Below are positions 18,972 through 27,979 of a DNA stretch of 64,000 nucleotides, in pieces; positions within the stretch are counted from its first letter, which is position 1, and each line of letters starts with the position of its first letter. A model generated the notes under the pieces. The model had not been told where the DNA came from and ran no database searches. It worked only from the letters and a program-made list of their open reading frames with translations. The translations under genes and the position numbers were made by a program. The DNA comes from Candidatus Aenigmatarchaeota archaeon (lineage in GTDB: Archaea; Aenigmatarchaeota; Aenigmatarchaeia; GW2011-AR5). The stretch spans positions 32,265 to 96,264 of the forward strand of contig JAZDNV010000001.1 in assembly GCA_043799385.1 (NCBI GenBank), read 5' to 3'.

Positions 18972-19193
18972 TTATCTGATTTCGATGCGCTTGTTCCTAC
19001 TCCTGCTGCCGCTAACTATCTTTATTGATGATTTCTTGACGTTAAAGTGGTCAGATAACACTTCGATTAATCTTGAATTCGCTTTTCCTTCTATCGTGGG
19101 TGCGTTTAGTTTTATTCTATAGTTATTCTCATCAACTTTTGTTATCTCTAGTTTTTTGGAATTTGGAATGATTTTTACCGAAATTATTACCAT
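18972..19193 (-). CDS. DUF167 (YggU-like) family protein
   Basis: 73 aa; ISVKIIPNSKKLEI...LNAPTIEGKANSRLIEVLSDHFNVKKSSIKIVSGSRSRNKRIEI matches the YggU pattern. Confidence 0.55.
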   Translation of the reverse strand: MVIISVKIIPNSKKLEITKVDENNYRIKLNAPTIEGKANSRLIEVLSDHFNVKKSSIKIVSGSRSRNKRIEIR

Positions 19194-19549
19194 TTAACAA
19201 ACCCTTCGTACATGTTGTAGACTTCCACGAACCCGAGTTCTTTCATTGTCGTCATTGCAACTTTGCTGCGCGAGCCTGTTGCGCAATAGACTAGATATGC
19301 TTTGTTCCTGTCAAAACGATCAATGTCCTCCCGAAAGTTTTTTGAATAATAATCTAGATTTATGGCTTTCTCTATACGGCCGTTCGCATATTCGCCTGCT
19401 GTGCGAACGTCTATAATATTTATATCTGGCCTGTTTTGTATCAATTCTCTTGCCTGGGCTGTACTGATATCTTTGTACATGGTACTATCGCTCACACAAC
19501 CGCTTATTAATACCGTTAATATTAGTATAGATAATACGTCTATTTTCAT
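19187..19549 (-). CDS. Rhodanese-domain sulfurtransferase, lipoprotein-type signal
   Basis: Signal peptide with lipobox-like ISGC, and the rhodanese active-site loop YCATGSRS. Confidence 0.75.
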   Translation of the reverse strand: MKIDVLSILILTVLISGCVSDSTMYKDISTAQARELIQNRPDINIIDVRTAGEYANGRIEKAINLDYYSKNFREDIDRFDRNKAYLVYCATGSRSKVAMTTMKELGFVEVYNMYEGFVKW

Positions 19550-19601
19550 TTCAAGTATTTCTCAATTAATAATTTAAATACAAACTAAAATACATTTTAC
19601 T

Positions 19602-21017
19602 ATGTCCAAAAACAACTACATTAAATATGTTTTTCTAACTATCGTCTTATTAATATTAGTTTCATTCTTTATGTATACGGGATTGAATAAAAACCCTGAG
19701 CTGAAATATAAAGATTATAATCTCGTTTTTGTTTCCTTTGACGCTCTTCAGGCAAACCATGTTCATAATCTTGGCTATTACAGGAATATAACGCCAACAA
19801 TCGATGAACTGGCTGATAGCGGGTTTAATTTTAAAAATGCCATAAGCGTTTCATCGTGGACCGTTCCTTCGAGTATGTCATGGTTTACTGGCGTTTATCC
19901 ATCCCAACATAAGGTTGTAAATAAATTTTCTGTATATACTGAAAAAAACAAAACCATTTCAAATCTAAAGTTATTATCGCCTGAAATAATAACACTTGCT
20001 GAATTGTTTAAACAGAACGGTTATACTACAGCAGGTTTTACTGGCGACGCGGGCGTTAATGGTGTTTTTGGTTATGATAAAGGCTTTGACTTATATTTTG
20101 ACAATACAACGCAGTTTTCTGGTATGGAGGTAAGTGTACCTAAGGCTATAGAATGGTTAAAAAATAACAAAGATAAAAGATTCTTTTTATTTCTTCATGG
20201 TTACGATTTTCATGGACAATATGAGCCGCCTGATGGGTTTGACTACCGTTTTGTTGACGATTATAACGGATTTTACAACGGTAGCAGAGAACAACAGGCA
20301 AAACTCAGGGAAGATGGCTTAGAAAACGGTTATATAAATCTAAGTGAAGATGACGTAAAATTCTGGCGCGCAATATATGATGAAAAAATCTCTAGAGCTG
20401 ATGAGAAGTTCAAGAATTTTATTATCGAATATGAAAAACTTGGGTTGATGAACAAGACCATATTCATTCTAACATCTGACCACGGGACTGAATTTTATGA
20501 GCATGGTAGAGTTGACCACGGCTTTTCTTTATACGACGAACTGATACACGTGCCATTGATTATAATCCTTCCAGGTAAAACTGGCTTGAGTATTGAAAAC
20601 CAAGTCAGTTCTATTGACGTAATGCCGACTATCTTGGATCTACTTGATATAAATTATAATAGCACAGTTGAAAACCAGATGAGGGGTACAAGTCTCGTGC
20701 CTTTAATGGTTGGCGATAATATGGCCATTGATGCGTACTCTGAAACCGATTATAGGTTGTATACTCATAAGAAATCTGTAAGAACTTATGATGGGTGGAA
20801 ATTCATCTATACATTTGCCGAGTATCCAGATAAAAAAATGATAAAAGAACTGTATAATTTAAAAAACGATCCTCATGAAGAAGATAACCTTATTGAAATG
20901 GAGCCAAGAATTGCTTATGAGCTTGAGCAAAAATTATTCAGCTGGATGCGGGGGAATAAAATACAATATTCATATAATCTGGGATGCTCACCCGTATATT
21001 CAACGCAATGTAAATGA
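19602..21017 (+). CDS. Alkaline-phosphatase-superfamily sulfatase-like protein, membrane-anchored, with Thr in the nucleophile position
   Basis: N-terminal TM anchor. The sulfatase N-domain motif aligns as S-V-S-S-W-T-V-P-S-S-M-S-W-F-TG against the canonical S-x-S-P-V-C-S-P-S-R-A-A-L-L-TG, with Cys replaced by Thr and Arg by Ser. Confidence 0.75.
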   Translation: MSKNNYIKYVFLTIVLLILVSFFMYTGLNKNPELKYKDYNLVFVSFDALQANHVHNLGYYRNITPTIDELADSGFNFKNAISVSSWTVPSSMSWFTGVYPSQHKVVNKFSVYTEKNKTISNLKLLSPEIITLAELFKQNGYTTAGFTGDAGVNGVFGYDKGFDLYFDNTTQFSGMEVSVPKAIEWLKNNKDKRFFLFLHGYDFHGQYEPPDGFDYRFVDDYNGFYNGSREQQAKLREDGLENGYINLSEDDVKFWRAIYDEKISRADEKFKNFIIEYEKLGLMNKTIFILTSDHGTEFYEHGRVDHGFSLYDELIHVPLIIILPGKTGLSIENQVSSIDVMPTILDLLDINYNSTVENQMRGTSLVPLMVGDNMAIDAYSETDYRLYTHKKSVRTYDGWKFIYTFAEYPDKKMIKELYNLKNDPHEEDNLIEMEPRIAYELEQKLFSWMRGNKIQYSYNLGCSPVYSTQCK

Positions 21018-21021
21018 TTTA

Positions 21022-22503
21022 ATGAAAAAATTTTTCATAATTTTTATCTTAGCTTTGATTATAATAGTGGTTATTTTTGTTTCACAGCAACGTAGCGTAG
21101 AGATTGGAAAATGCGAGGATTGTAATGTAATTGTTTTTGTTCTGGATGCTTTACGTACAGATCATATGAGCTTGTACGGATATTATAGGAATACGACAAC
21201 GAATATTGATAAATTTGCTGATAAGGGCATTGTATTTGAAAACGCCTTCAGCCAGTCGTTCAACACATTACCAAGTGTTACGTCATTATTTACATCCACA
21301 TATCCTTCTTCGCATGGTGTATATTATGTATATAAGGATACCTTGAACCGCGATATCCCGACATTACCGAGAATACTGAAAAATTATGATTATAAAACAG
21401 CCGCATTCTCACCTTCGGATGATCCATATACTAATCATATTTTAGCTGATTTTGATGAGGGTCATAGGTTGGTTCCTTACTACGAATTTGAAGATAATTA
21501 TATATTCGACTGGTTAGAAAATAATTCAGAAGAAAAGTTTTTTCTTTATTATCACACGTATAACATTCACGCGCCATATCTCGTAACAAATGATGATGAT
21601 TTAAAAATTTATACCAGAGACTGTAACAGCGAAATAGGGGGGACCTTTAAGTACGTTTATAACATTTCAAGGGATAAACTTATTGATTACTACTATAACG
21701 ACAGCGAAAGGTTTTTTGAATATTTTGATAGAAATTTTATAGATGGATTAAACCTCTCCTCAATAAAAAATTATACTTATGAAGAAAGGTGGGAAATAAT
21801 TTTAGAAAATCCTCAACAGAGAAAACTTAAGAAGTTCTTTCATGTTGAGGTATTTCGTGAAATTTTCAAGGAAGATCATGTATGTATAAAGAGTCTTTAC
21901 GACACAAAAATATACCTGGTAGATCAATTTTTGAATAGGATATTCGAAAAGATTGATGAGCTTAACTTGACTAAAAAGACGATAATTATCATAACTGCTG
22001 ACCATGGGGAAGCGTTGTTTGATCATGGAGAAATGTCACATACGCAACTATATGATGAGGTTTTGCATATTCCTCTGATTGTAAAAACGCCTGATATAAA
22101 AAATAAAATTGTTGTTGAGGGTCTTGCTGAAAGCGTTGACATCATGCCAACGATTCTTGATGTTTTGGGGATACCTGTTAATCATGTGGCTCAGGGAAAG
22201 AGTCTTTTGCTAACTTTAAATCGAACGATGGCAAAGGAGTATGTTTATGCAAGCTTCGGTGAAGATTATACTATAAGGTCTAAAGACTGGAAGCTTTATA
22301 GACATGGTGATTGGACTGAACTTTATGATATAAAAAATGACCCTGATGAAATGATAAACGTTGCAGAAGTAAGGAGAGATGTTGTCCGGTCCATTATGAA
22401 TCGTGTTCTTAAACTGCCTAATTATAAAACGCGTAATAGCACTTTTAATGAAAATCTCTCTTCAGAAGAGATGATGAATATAATCAAAACCGGTTATTGG
22501 TAG
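21022..22503 (+). CDS. Second sulfatase-like alkaline-phosphatase-superfamily protein, membrane-anchored, Thr variant
   Basis: Start set at the in-frame ATG (MKKFFIIFILALIIIVVIF, TM anchor) rather than the overlapping ORF-track start at 20875. Motif FNTLPSVTSLFTS is paralogous to the upstream gene. Confidence 0.75.
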   Translation: MKKFFIIFILALIIIVVIFVSQQRSVEIGKCEDCNVIVFVLDALRTDHMSLYGYYRNTTTNIDKFADKGIVFENAFSQSFNTLPSVTSLFTSTYPSSHGVYYVYKDTLNRDIPTLPRILKNYDYKTAAFSPSDDPYTNHILADFDEGHRLVPYYEFEDNYIFDWLENNSEEKFFLYYHTYNIHAPYLVTNDDDLKIYTRDCNSEIGGTFKYVYNISRDKLIDYYYNDSERFFEYFDRNFIDGLNLSSIKNYTYEERWEIILENPQQRKLKKFFHVEVFREIFKEDHVCIKSLYDTKIYLVDQFLNRIFEKIDELNLTKKTIIIITADHGEALFDHGEMSHTQLYDEVLHIPLIVKTPDIKNKIVVEGLAESVDIMPTILDVLGIPVNHVAQGKSLLLTLNRTMAKEYVYASFGEDYTIRSKDWKLYRHGDWTELYDIKNDPDEMINVAEVRRDVVRSIMNRVLKLPNYKTRNSTFNENLSSEEMMNIIKTGYW

Positions 22504-22726
22504 TCTTTAAATATGCTCCAGGATAATTACGGAAGGGGTTGTGCTGCCTCATTTTATCGGATATTTTCCACTGACGGATCACCCAAGTACGATTAAAAGA
22601 ATATGCTAAATGCTCGATTACTGATTTTCATATAGCTATTTAAGAATTTTCCTAGAAGATAAAAAGATGAGATGCATATAGATAATTGCATGGCATCTCA
22701 ATTCGATGCAACGTGGTGTTCTGAAG

Positions 22727-23764
22727 ATGAGAGTCGGCATAGCTGGTTATGGCTGTTATATTCCTGTTTACAGGATAAAGGTCGAGGAGATCGCCAAGGT
22801 GTGGGGTCAGGACCCGAATGCGATAAAAAAAGGCTTAGGTATTGAAGAAAAGAGCGTCCCTGATATCGACGAGGATACTATAACGCTTGCTGTTGAAGCA
22901 GGACGAAACGCATTTCTTTCCGGCATTAATCCTGACAAGGTCGGTGCGTTATTTATCGGCAGCGAAAGTCACCCTTATGTTGTCAAGCCATCCGGCACCG
23001 TCGTTGCTGAAGCGCTCGGTTTGCCGCGCAATCTTATGCTTGCTGATTTCGAATTCGCATGCAAGGCTGGCACAGCAGCGATACAAGTTTGCTCAGCGAT
23101 GGTGCGAGCGGGCGATATTGAATACGGCATTGCAATAGGCAGCGACTGTGCACAAGGTCGACCTGGTGATGCACTAGAGTATACGGCCGCAGCAGGAGCA
23201 GCGGCGTTCATTGTCGGCAAAGAGCCGCTTGCAGAAATAGAAGGAAGCTACTCCTATACAACAGATACACCAGATTTCTGGCGCAGGGAAGGGCAATCGT
23301 ATCCCACTCATGGCGCACGCTTTACCGGCAAGCCTGCATACTTCCATCATATAACCGAGGCGACTAAAGGGTTGATGAGCAAACTTTCGTTGAAGAACGA
23401 TGATTTTGATTACGTTATCTTCCATATGCCGAACGGAAAGTTTCCGCGCGAAGCTTGCAAGTCTCTTGGTTTCGACGAGAAAAAATTATTACCATCTCTC
23501 GTCGTCGAGAAAGTCGGCAACAGCTATTCGGGTTCTTCTTTAATGGGTTTGTGCAAAATACTTGACATCGCAAAGCCAGGCGAACGAATCCTGCTGACGA
23601 GCTTTGGCTCGGGCGCGGGCAGCGATTCATTTTCATTTTTAGTCACCGACGCTATAGAGAAGAGGCGCTTTGGCCGTGTTGATTACTACGTTAACGACGA
23701 AAAAAGGAAACGCTACATTGATTACGGGACTTATATTAAAATGCGGGGTAAACTTAAACTATGA
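22727..23764 (+). CDS. Hydroxymethylglutaryl-CoA synthase (archaeal type)
   Basis: [17 protein letters not shown]...EFACKAGT... is an archaeal HMGCS of the thiolase superfamily. The ORF-track start at 22706 is trimmed to Met8. Confidence 0.85.
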   Translation: MRVGIAGYGCYIPVYRIKVEEIAKVWGQDPNAIKKGLGIEEKSVPDIDEDTITLAVEAGRNAFLSGINPDKVGALFIGSESHPYVVKPSGTVVAEALGLPRNLMLADFEFACKAGTAAIQVCSAMVRAGDIEYGIAIGSDCAQGRPGDALEYTAAAGAAAFIVGKEPLAEIEGSYSYTTDTPDFWRREGQSYPTHGARFTGKPAYFHHITEATKGLMSKLSLKNDDFDYVIFHMPNGKFPREACKSLGFDEKKLLPSLVVEKVGNSYSGSSLMGLCKILDIAKPGERILLTSFGSGAGSDSFSFLVTDAIEKRRFGRVDYYVNDEKRKRYIDYGTYIKMRGKLKL

Positions 23765-24918
23765 AAAACGTTGCAATCGTGGGCATCGGCCAGGTAAAGT
23801 TCGGAGAGAACTGGAATGAATCGCTAAGAGACATTGCTACCGGAGCGATAAGGTCTGCCATGCTTGAGGCAGACATAGGCACAGAAGACGTTGAAGCACT
23901 TTATATCGGAAACATGGGCGCTGGCCGGTTTATCGGCCAGGAGCACCTTTCTGCCCTCATAGCAGATCATTCACGTTTGCTTCATAAGCCGGCGACAAGA
24001 TGCGAGGCTGCGTGCGCATCTGGTGCATTAGCATTCCGCCAGGCTTATTTATCAGTGATGTCCGGTCGCCATGACGTGGTTATGGTTGTGGGCGCCGAGA
24101 AGATGACCGACTTGAAGACAGGTGACGCAACGTCTGCATTAATAACAGCAGGTGACCAGGAAACAGAGGCGTCTTCGGGCATAACATTCGCTGGTTTGTA
24201 CGCATTGATAGCTAGGGCGCACATGAATGCCTACGGCACAACGAGCGAGCAGCTAGCGATGGTTTCGGTAATAAACCACAGAAATGCTATTGGCAATAAG
24301 TATGCGCAATTCCAGTATGAAATAAGCGTTGCAGACGTGCTTAAGTCGGCAATGGTAGCTGAGCCGTTGCATCTTTTAGACTGCTCGCCGATAACAGACG
24401 GCGCTGCTGCGTTGATAATAGCATCAGAAAACGCGGCGAAGCGGTTCAAGAGTCCAGTGTGGATACTTGCGAGCGAGCAGGCTTCTGATACGATAGCGCT
24501 GCACGACCGCAAGTCGTTGACAGAGATGCTTGCAACAAAACATGCGGCCAAAACTGCCTATGAAAAACTGAGAATAACGCCTAGTGATATAGATTTTGCC
24601 GAGGTTCATGATTGCTTTTCAATAAACGAAATATTGGCAATAGAGGATCTTGGTTTTTGTGAGAAAGGGCGCGGCGGCGAGCTTGTTGAAAGCGGCGAGA
24701 TAAAACTGAAAGGATCTATACCTATAAACACCACGGGTGGATTAAAGGCGATCGGCCACCCCGTAGGCGCGACTGGCGTCCGTCAATTGGTTGATATAAC
24801 CCGGCAGTTGCGCGGCGAATGCTACAACCAGGTTAAAGGCGACCTTGGGCTTGCTCTTAATGTTGGTGGAAGCGGAGCGACTGCATTGCTGACAATACTC
24901 GGAAAAGAGGTGAGATAA
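23761..24918 (+). CDS. Acetyl-CoA C-acetyltransferase (thiolase)
   Basis: Thiolase active-site Cys region [13 protein letters not shown] and C-terminal [11 protein letters not shown]. Start and stop overlap the neighbouring genes. Confidence 0.9.
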   Translation: MKNVAIVGIGQVKFGENWNESLRDIATGAIRSAMLEADIGTEDVEALYIGNMGAGRFIGQEHLSALIADHSRLLHKPATRCEAACASGALAFRQAYLSVMSGRHDVVMVVGAEKMTDLKTGDATSALITAGDQETEASSGITFAGLYALIARAHMNAYGTTSEQLAMVSVINHRNAIGNKYAQFQYEISVADVLKSAMVAEPLHLLDCSPITDGAAALIIASENAAKRFKSPVWILASEQASDTIALHDRKSLTEMLATKHAAKTAYEKLRITPSDIDFAEVHDCFSINEILAIEDLGFCEKGRGGELVESGEIKLKGSIPINTTGGLKAIGHPVGATGVRQLVDITRQLRGECYNQVKGDLGLALNVGGSGATALLTILGKEVR

Positions 24919-25304
24919 TGCCACACAAATCTTCTATACCGCTTGTCTGGAGGCTGAAGGGCGTACGGTATCGGCTTGTCGGCAGCTACTGCGAGAAATG
25001 TAAGAAATTCTACTTTCCGCCTAGAAACGAGTGCGAATGCAAGGAACGTACAAAAACCGTGTATTTGTCTGGTTTCGGTACGGTTGTTTCTTATACTACA
25101 ATCACTGCAGCGCCAAGTGGTTTCGAGGCAGCCACACCCTATAAGGTTGGTATTGTGGAATTAGAAGAAGGGCCAAGAATAACCACAGGGCTAATCGGCG
25201 ATATTCATATTGGCACTAAAGTAAAGGCGGTTTTTAGGGAGATTTACGAAGACGGTAAAGACGGACTAATCCATTATGGTTATAAATTCGTGCCTGTAGA
25301 GTAG
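24918..25304 (+). CDS. DUF35 OB-fold / zinc-ribbon scaffold protein of the archaeal thiolase-HMGCS complex
   Basis: CEKCKKFYFPPRNECECK zinc ribbon plus an OB fold, in the conserved position after the thiolase. Confidence 0.8.
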   Translation: MPHKSSIPLVWRLKGVRYRLVGSYCEKCKKFYFPPRNECECKERTKTVYLSGFGTVVSYTTITAAPSGFEAATPYKVGIVELEEGPRITTGLIGDIHIGTKVKAVFREIYEDGKDGLIHYGYKFVPVE

Positions 25305-25420
25305 AAGGTACCCGGTGTTTTCGTTTGGAGTTTTGTTTTTATTGAAAATTTGAGAATTTTATGAAAAAAACACTACCTTACTTTCCTATAACATTGTTAT
25401 TTTAATTGTTTTTTATAATA

Positions 25421-25509
25421 TCTCCATTTGAAACGAGGGGGTGTGTTGTGGTGGTGTTAATTCAAAACAAAAAAAGATATACCACCAACCCTATTTTCCA
25501 GTAGAGATA
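25421..25509. promoter_or_regulatory. Predicted oriC core: two inverted ORB-like elements flanking an AT-rich spacer
   Basis: Plus-strand TCTCCATTTGAAACGAGGGGGTGTGTTGTGGTGG at 25421..25456 closely matches the archaeal ORB consensus (CTCCAnnnGAAACGnAGGGGT). An inverted copy at 25482..25507 reads CTCTACTGGAAAATAGGGTTGGTGG on the other strand. The spacer is ttaattcaaaacaaaaaaagatata. A further AT-rich stretch lies at 25328..25375. Immediately upstream of orc1/cdc6. Confidence 0.6.
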
Positions 25510-25557
25510 TGTTTATATATACTCCAAGAGAAAAGTAGGTATATTCTTGGTGGTGTG

Positions 25558-26766
25558 ATGGAAGCAATAGCCAGTAATATTTTTTCCCAACATATAAACA
25601 AACCCTCGTTGTTTAAGAATAAAAATATATTGAACTCTACGTTCATACCGCCAAAAATATCATTCAGAGACGTTGAGATTGAACAGGCGGTTTCGGTACT
25701 TTCTCCGGCCCTGAGGAACTATAAGCCAAACAACATATTCATCTATGGCACGTGCGGAACTGGCAAGACCGTGGTTGTCAAATACGTCCTTAACCAACTC
25801 GAGGCTTTAGGCAAGAATAACATCAAAACAGTTTACGTCAACTGCAAAATGAAGCGCGTTGCAGATACAGAATACCGCTTGCTGGCGTGTCTGCTGCGCG
25901 AACTCGGTGTTACAGTGCCGGATACAGGCCTGCCTACAGACGTTCTTTACAGAAGATTTTTTGAGAAGGTTGACTCAAAACAGCATATAGTCCTAATCGT
26001 GCTTGATGAAATTGATACGCTATTCAACAAAGTAGGCGACGAATTCCTTTACAACCTGATAAGGATAAACAACGAGCTGAAAAACGCGCACATAAGCATA
26101 GTTGGGATAACCAACAACCTTTCTTTCCGGGAGGGCCTGGATGTAAGGATACGCTCTTCTTTGGGCGAAGAGGAAATTTTATTCAAGCCCTACAACGCCA
26201 TACAACTGAAAAACATACTTTCAGAAAGAATAGCTGAAGGGTTTTGCGAGAACGTCGTTTCCGAGGATGTCTTGGGCAGATGTGCCGCATTGGCTGCGCA
26301 GGAGCATGGCGATGCAAGGCGTGCACTTGATATGTTAAGAACAGCAGGCGAGCTTGCAGAGCGCATGGGCGATACAGAAATAACTGATACGCATGTTGAT
26401 TTGGCGGAGAAGAAGATTGACCTTGACCGTGTCGTCGAGACGATAAAGGCCCAGCCGAAACAGTCACAGGCGGTTCTGTGCGCGATAATGGCGTTGGAAA
26501 AACAAAGCAATGGCAAATGGAGCGATTCGCGGTTGCTCACAGGCAATGTTTTCTTGAAATATAAGGAGATAGTCAAGAACAACGGTTTGCGCGCCTTGAC
26601 ACAAAGAAGGATAAGCGACCTGATAGGTGAATTAGATATGCTCGGCGTAATCACTGCGAAGGTTATTTCCAAGGGAAGATACGGCAGAACGAGGGAGATA
26701 TCGTTGGCAATGGCGGATGAATTAAAGGACAAGGTAAAGGCGACCCTCTGGGAAAGATTTTTATGA
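25558..26766 (+). CDS. cdc6: Orc1/Cdc6 replication initiator
   Basis: Walker A GTCGTGKT, VLDEID Walker B, and a C-terminal winged helix. Start set at Met40 (MEAIASNIF...) because the upstream part of the ORF-track ORF overlaps the ORB elements. Confidence 0.85.
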   Translation: MEAIASNIFSQHINKPSLFKNKNILNSTFIPPKISFRDVEIEQAVSVLSPALRNYKPNNIFIYGTCGTGKTVVVKYVLNQLEALGKNNIKTVYVNCKMKRVADTEYRLLACLLRELGVTVPDTGLPTDVLYRRFFEKVDSKQHIVLIVLDEIDTLFNKVGDEFLYNLIRINNELKNAHISIVGITNNLSFREGLDVRIRSSLGEEEILFKPYNAIQLKNILSERIAEGFCENVVSEDVLGRCAALAAQEHGDARRALDMLRTAGELAERMGDTEITDTHVDLAEKKIDLDRVVETIKAQPKQSQAVLCAIMALEKQSNGKWSDSRLLTGNVFLKYKEIVKNNGLRALTQRRISDLIGELDMLGVITAKVISKGRYGRTREISLAMADELKDKVKATLWERFL

Positions 26767-27845
26767 ACAGGGACGAGATAGTTAAAAAATTTCTGGATAA
26801 AAAAAAGCTTCTGACACAGGCTGCGCTGGAAGCAATCCACGGCAAAAACCTAGACGATTTCTTGGGGAAGGAGTACGTATCACTTGTTCTGGAGGAACGG
26901 GATTTTTTTGTTCACGATGTCAAGATACTAAAAAATTTGACGGAAAAGCTCAATGAGATAACAACAGACGATTTTGTAAAATTCTACAAATCGAAATACG
27001 AGCGAATGCGTGAGATAATACTGAGCAGGATGAAGAAGGATTTCGTATCATTAAATAAATTGGATAATTTCAGGAACGAGGTCTTCGTTCTCGGTATCGC
27101 CAGAGAGATAAAAGAGAATGGCGACAAGAAAATCGTCGAATTTGAGGACCTAACGGCAACGAAACCTATAATATTCGACGATATATCAGATCTGGAACTG
27201 GACGATGTTGTTGCAATAAAGGCAATAAGCGCCGGTAATGTTTTATACGGCAAGGGTATTTTTTATCCTGACATACCGCTTCGCGAACCGGTTAAAGGGA
27301 TGGACAAGGCGTGCTTTATCTCTGACATGCATCTGGAAGAAGCGCCATTGAGCGGTGCCGAAGACTTTTTCAAATGGTTTTCAAACCAGGCGATAAAATA
27401 CCTTTTTGTCGCCGGTGACGTTGGTGACAGGGAAAAATTTGAAAAACTCGTCAACGAATACTGTATAGGCAAATCGGTTTTCTCGACACCAGGTTGCGGT
27501 GCCGAATACCCAGGCTTGCCGGAAAAATTTGAAAGCAAGCATATAACATCATTATCCAATCCTGCAATGGTCGAGATAAACGGCATAAAGATACTGCTTG
27601 TGCACAGCCTTAACTTGAATATGCTCAAGAAAAGATACCTAGGTAAATCGAAGATAATACTGCCTGAAGATTATCTGGTCCTCGATTACGTTCCGGACAT
27701 CGTGCATTACGGCCACAATCACGAGGCGCAAGTCACGAATTATAAATCAGTCACACTGGTCAATTCAGGTTCATTGCTCACGGATTTCAAGCCAGTAGTG
27801 ATCGATTTCGCAACGCGCGAAGTTGAGCAGATAAAGATAGCTTAA
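26763..27845 (+). CDS. DNA polymerase II (PolD) small subunit DP1-like protein: short N-terminal helical domain plus calcineurin-like phosphoesterase
   Basis: Phosphoesterase motifs DMH, GDVGDRE and HYGHNHE. A DP1-like N-terminal helical region (IVKKFLDKKKLLTQAALEAI). Its position immediately after cdc6 is typical for DP1 near euryarchaeal origins. 360 aa is short for DP1, so an alternative metallophosphoesterase remains possible. Confidence 0.55.
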   Translation: MNRDEIVKKFLDKKKLLTQAALEAIHGKNLDDFLGKEYVSLVLEERDFFVHDVKILKNLTEKLNEITTDDFVKFYKSKYERMREIILSRMKKDFVSLNKLDNFRNEVFVLGIAREIKENGDKKIVEFEDLTATKPIIFDDISDLELDDVVAIKAISAGNVLYGKGIFYPDIPLREPVKGMDKACFISDMHLEEAPLSGAEDFFKWFSNQAIKYLFVAGDVGDREKFEKLVNEYCIGKSVFSTPGCGAEYPGLPEKFESKHITSLSNPAMVEINGIKILLVHSLNLNMLKKRYLGKSKIILPEDYLVLDYVPDIVHYGHNHEAQVTNYKSVTLVNSGSLLTDFKPVVIDFATREVEQIKIA

Positions 27846-27979
27846 AGGCGTGTTTATTGGTCACGATTTATGATATTATACAATTAGGGTAAGCGAAAAT
27901 CTGCTGACGTATTTGCTACTCATAAGATATATTTAATGATGGCGGAAAGAATTAAATAATTTAATCAATCAATGGGGTT

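Noticed and set aside
20875-21021. Possible frameshift or fusion between the two sulfatase-like genes (ORF-track ORFs overlap by 143 nt)
   Set aside because: The second gene has its own in-frame ATG at 21022 immediately followed by a TM anchor (MKKFFIIFILAL), paralleling the N-terminus of the first gene. Two separate tandem paralogs is the simpler reading.
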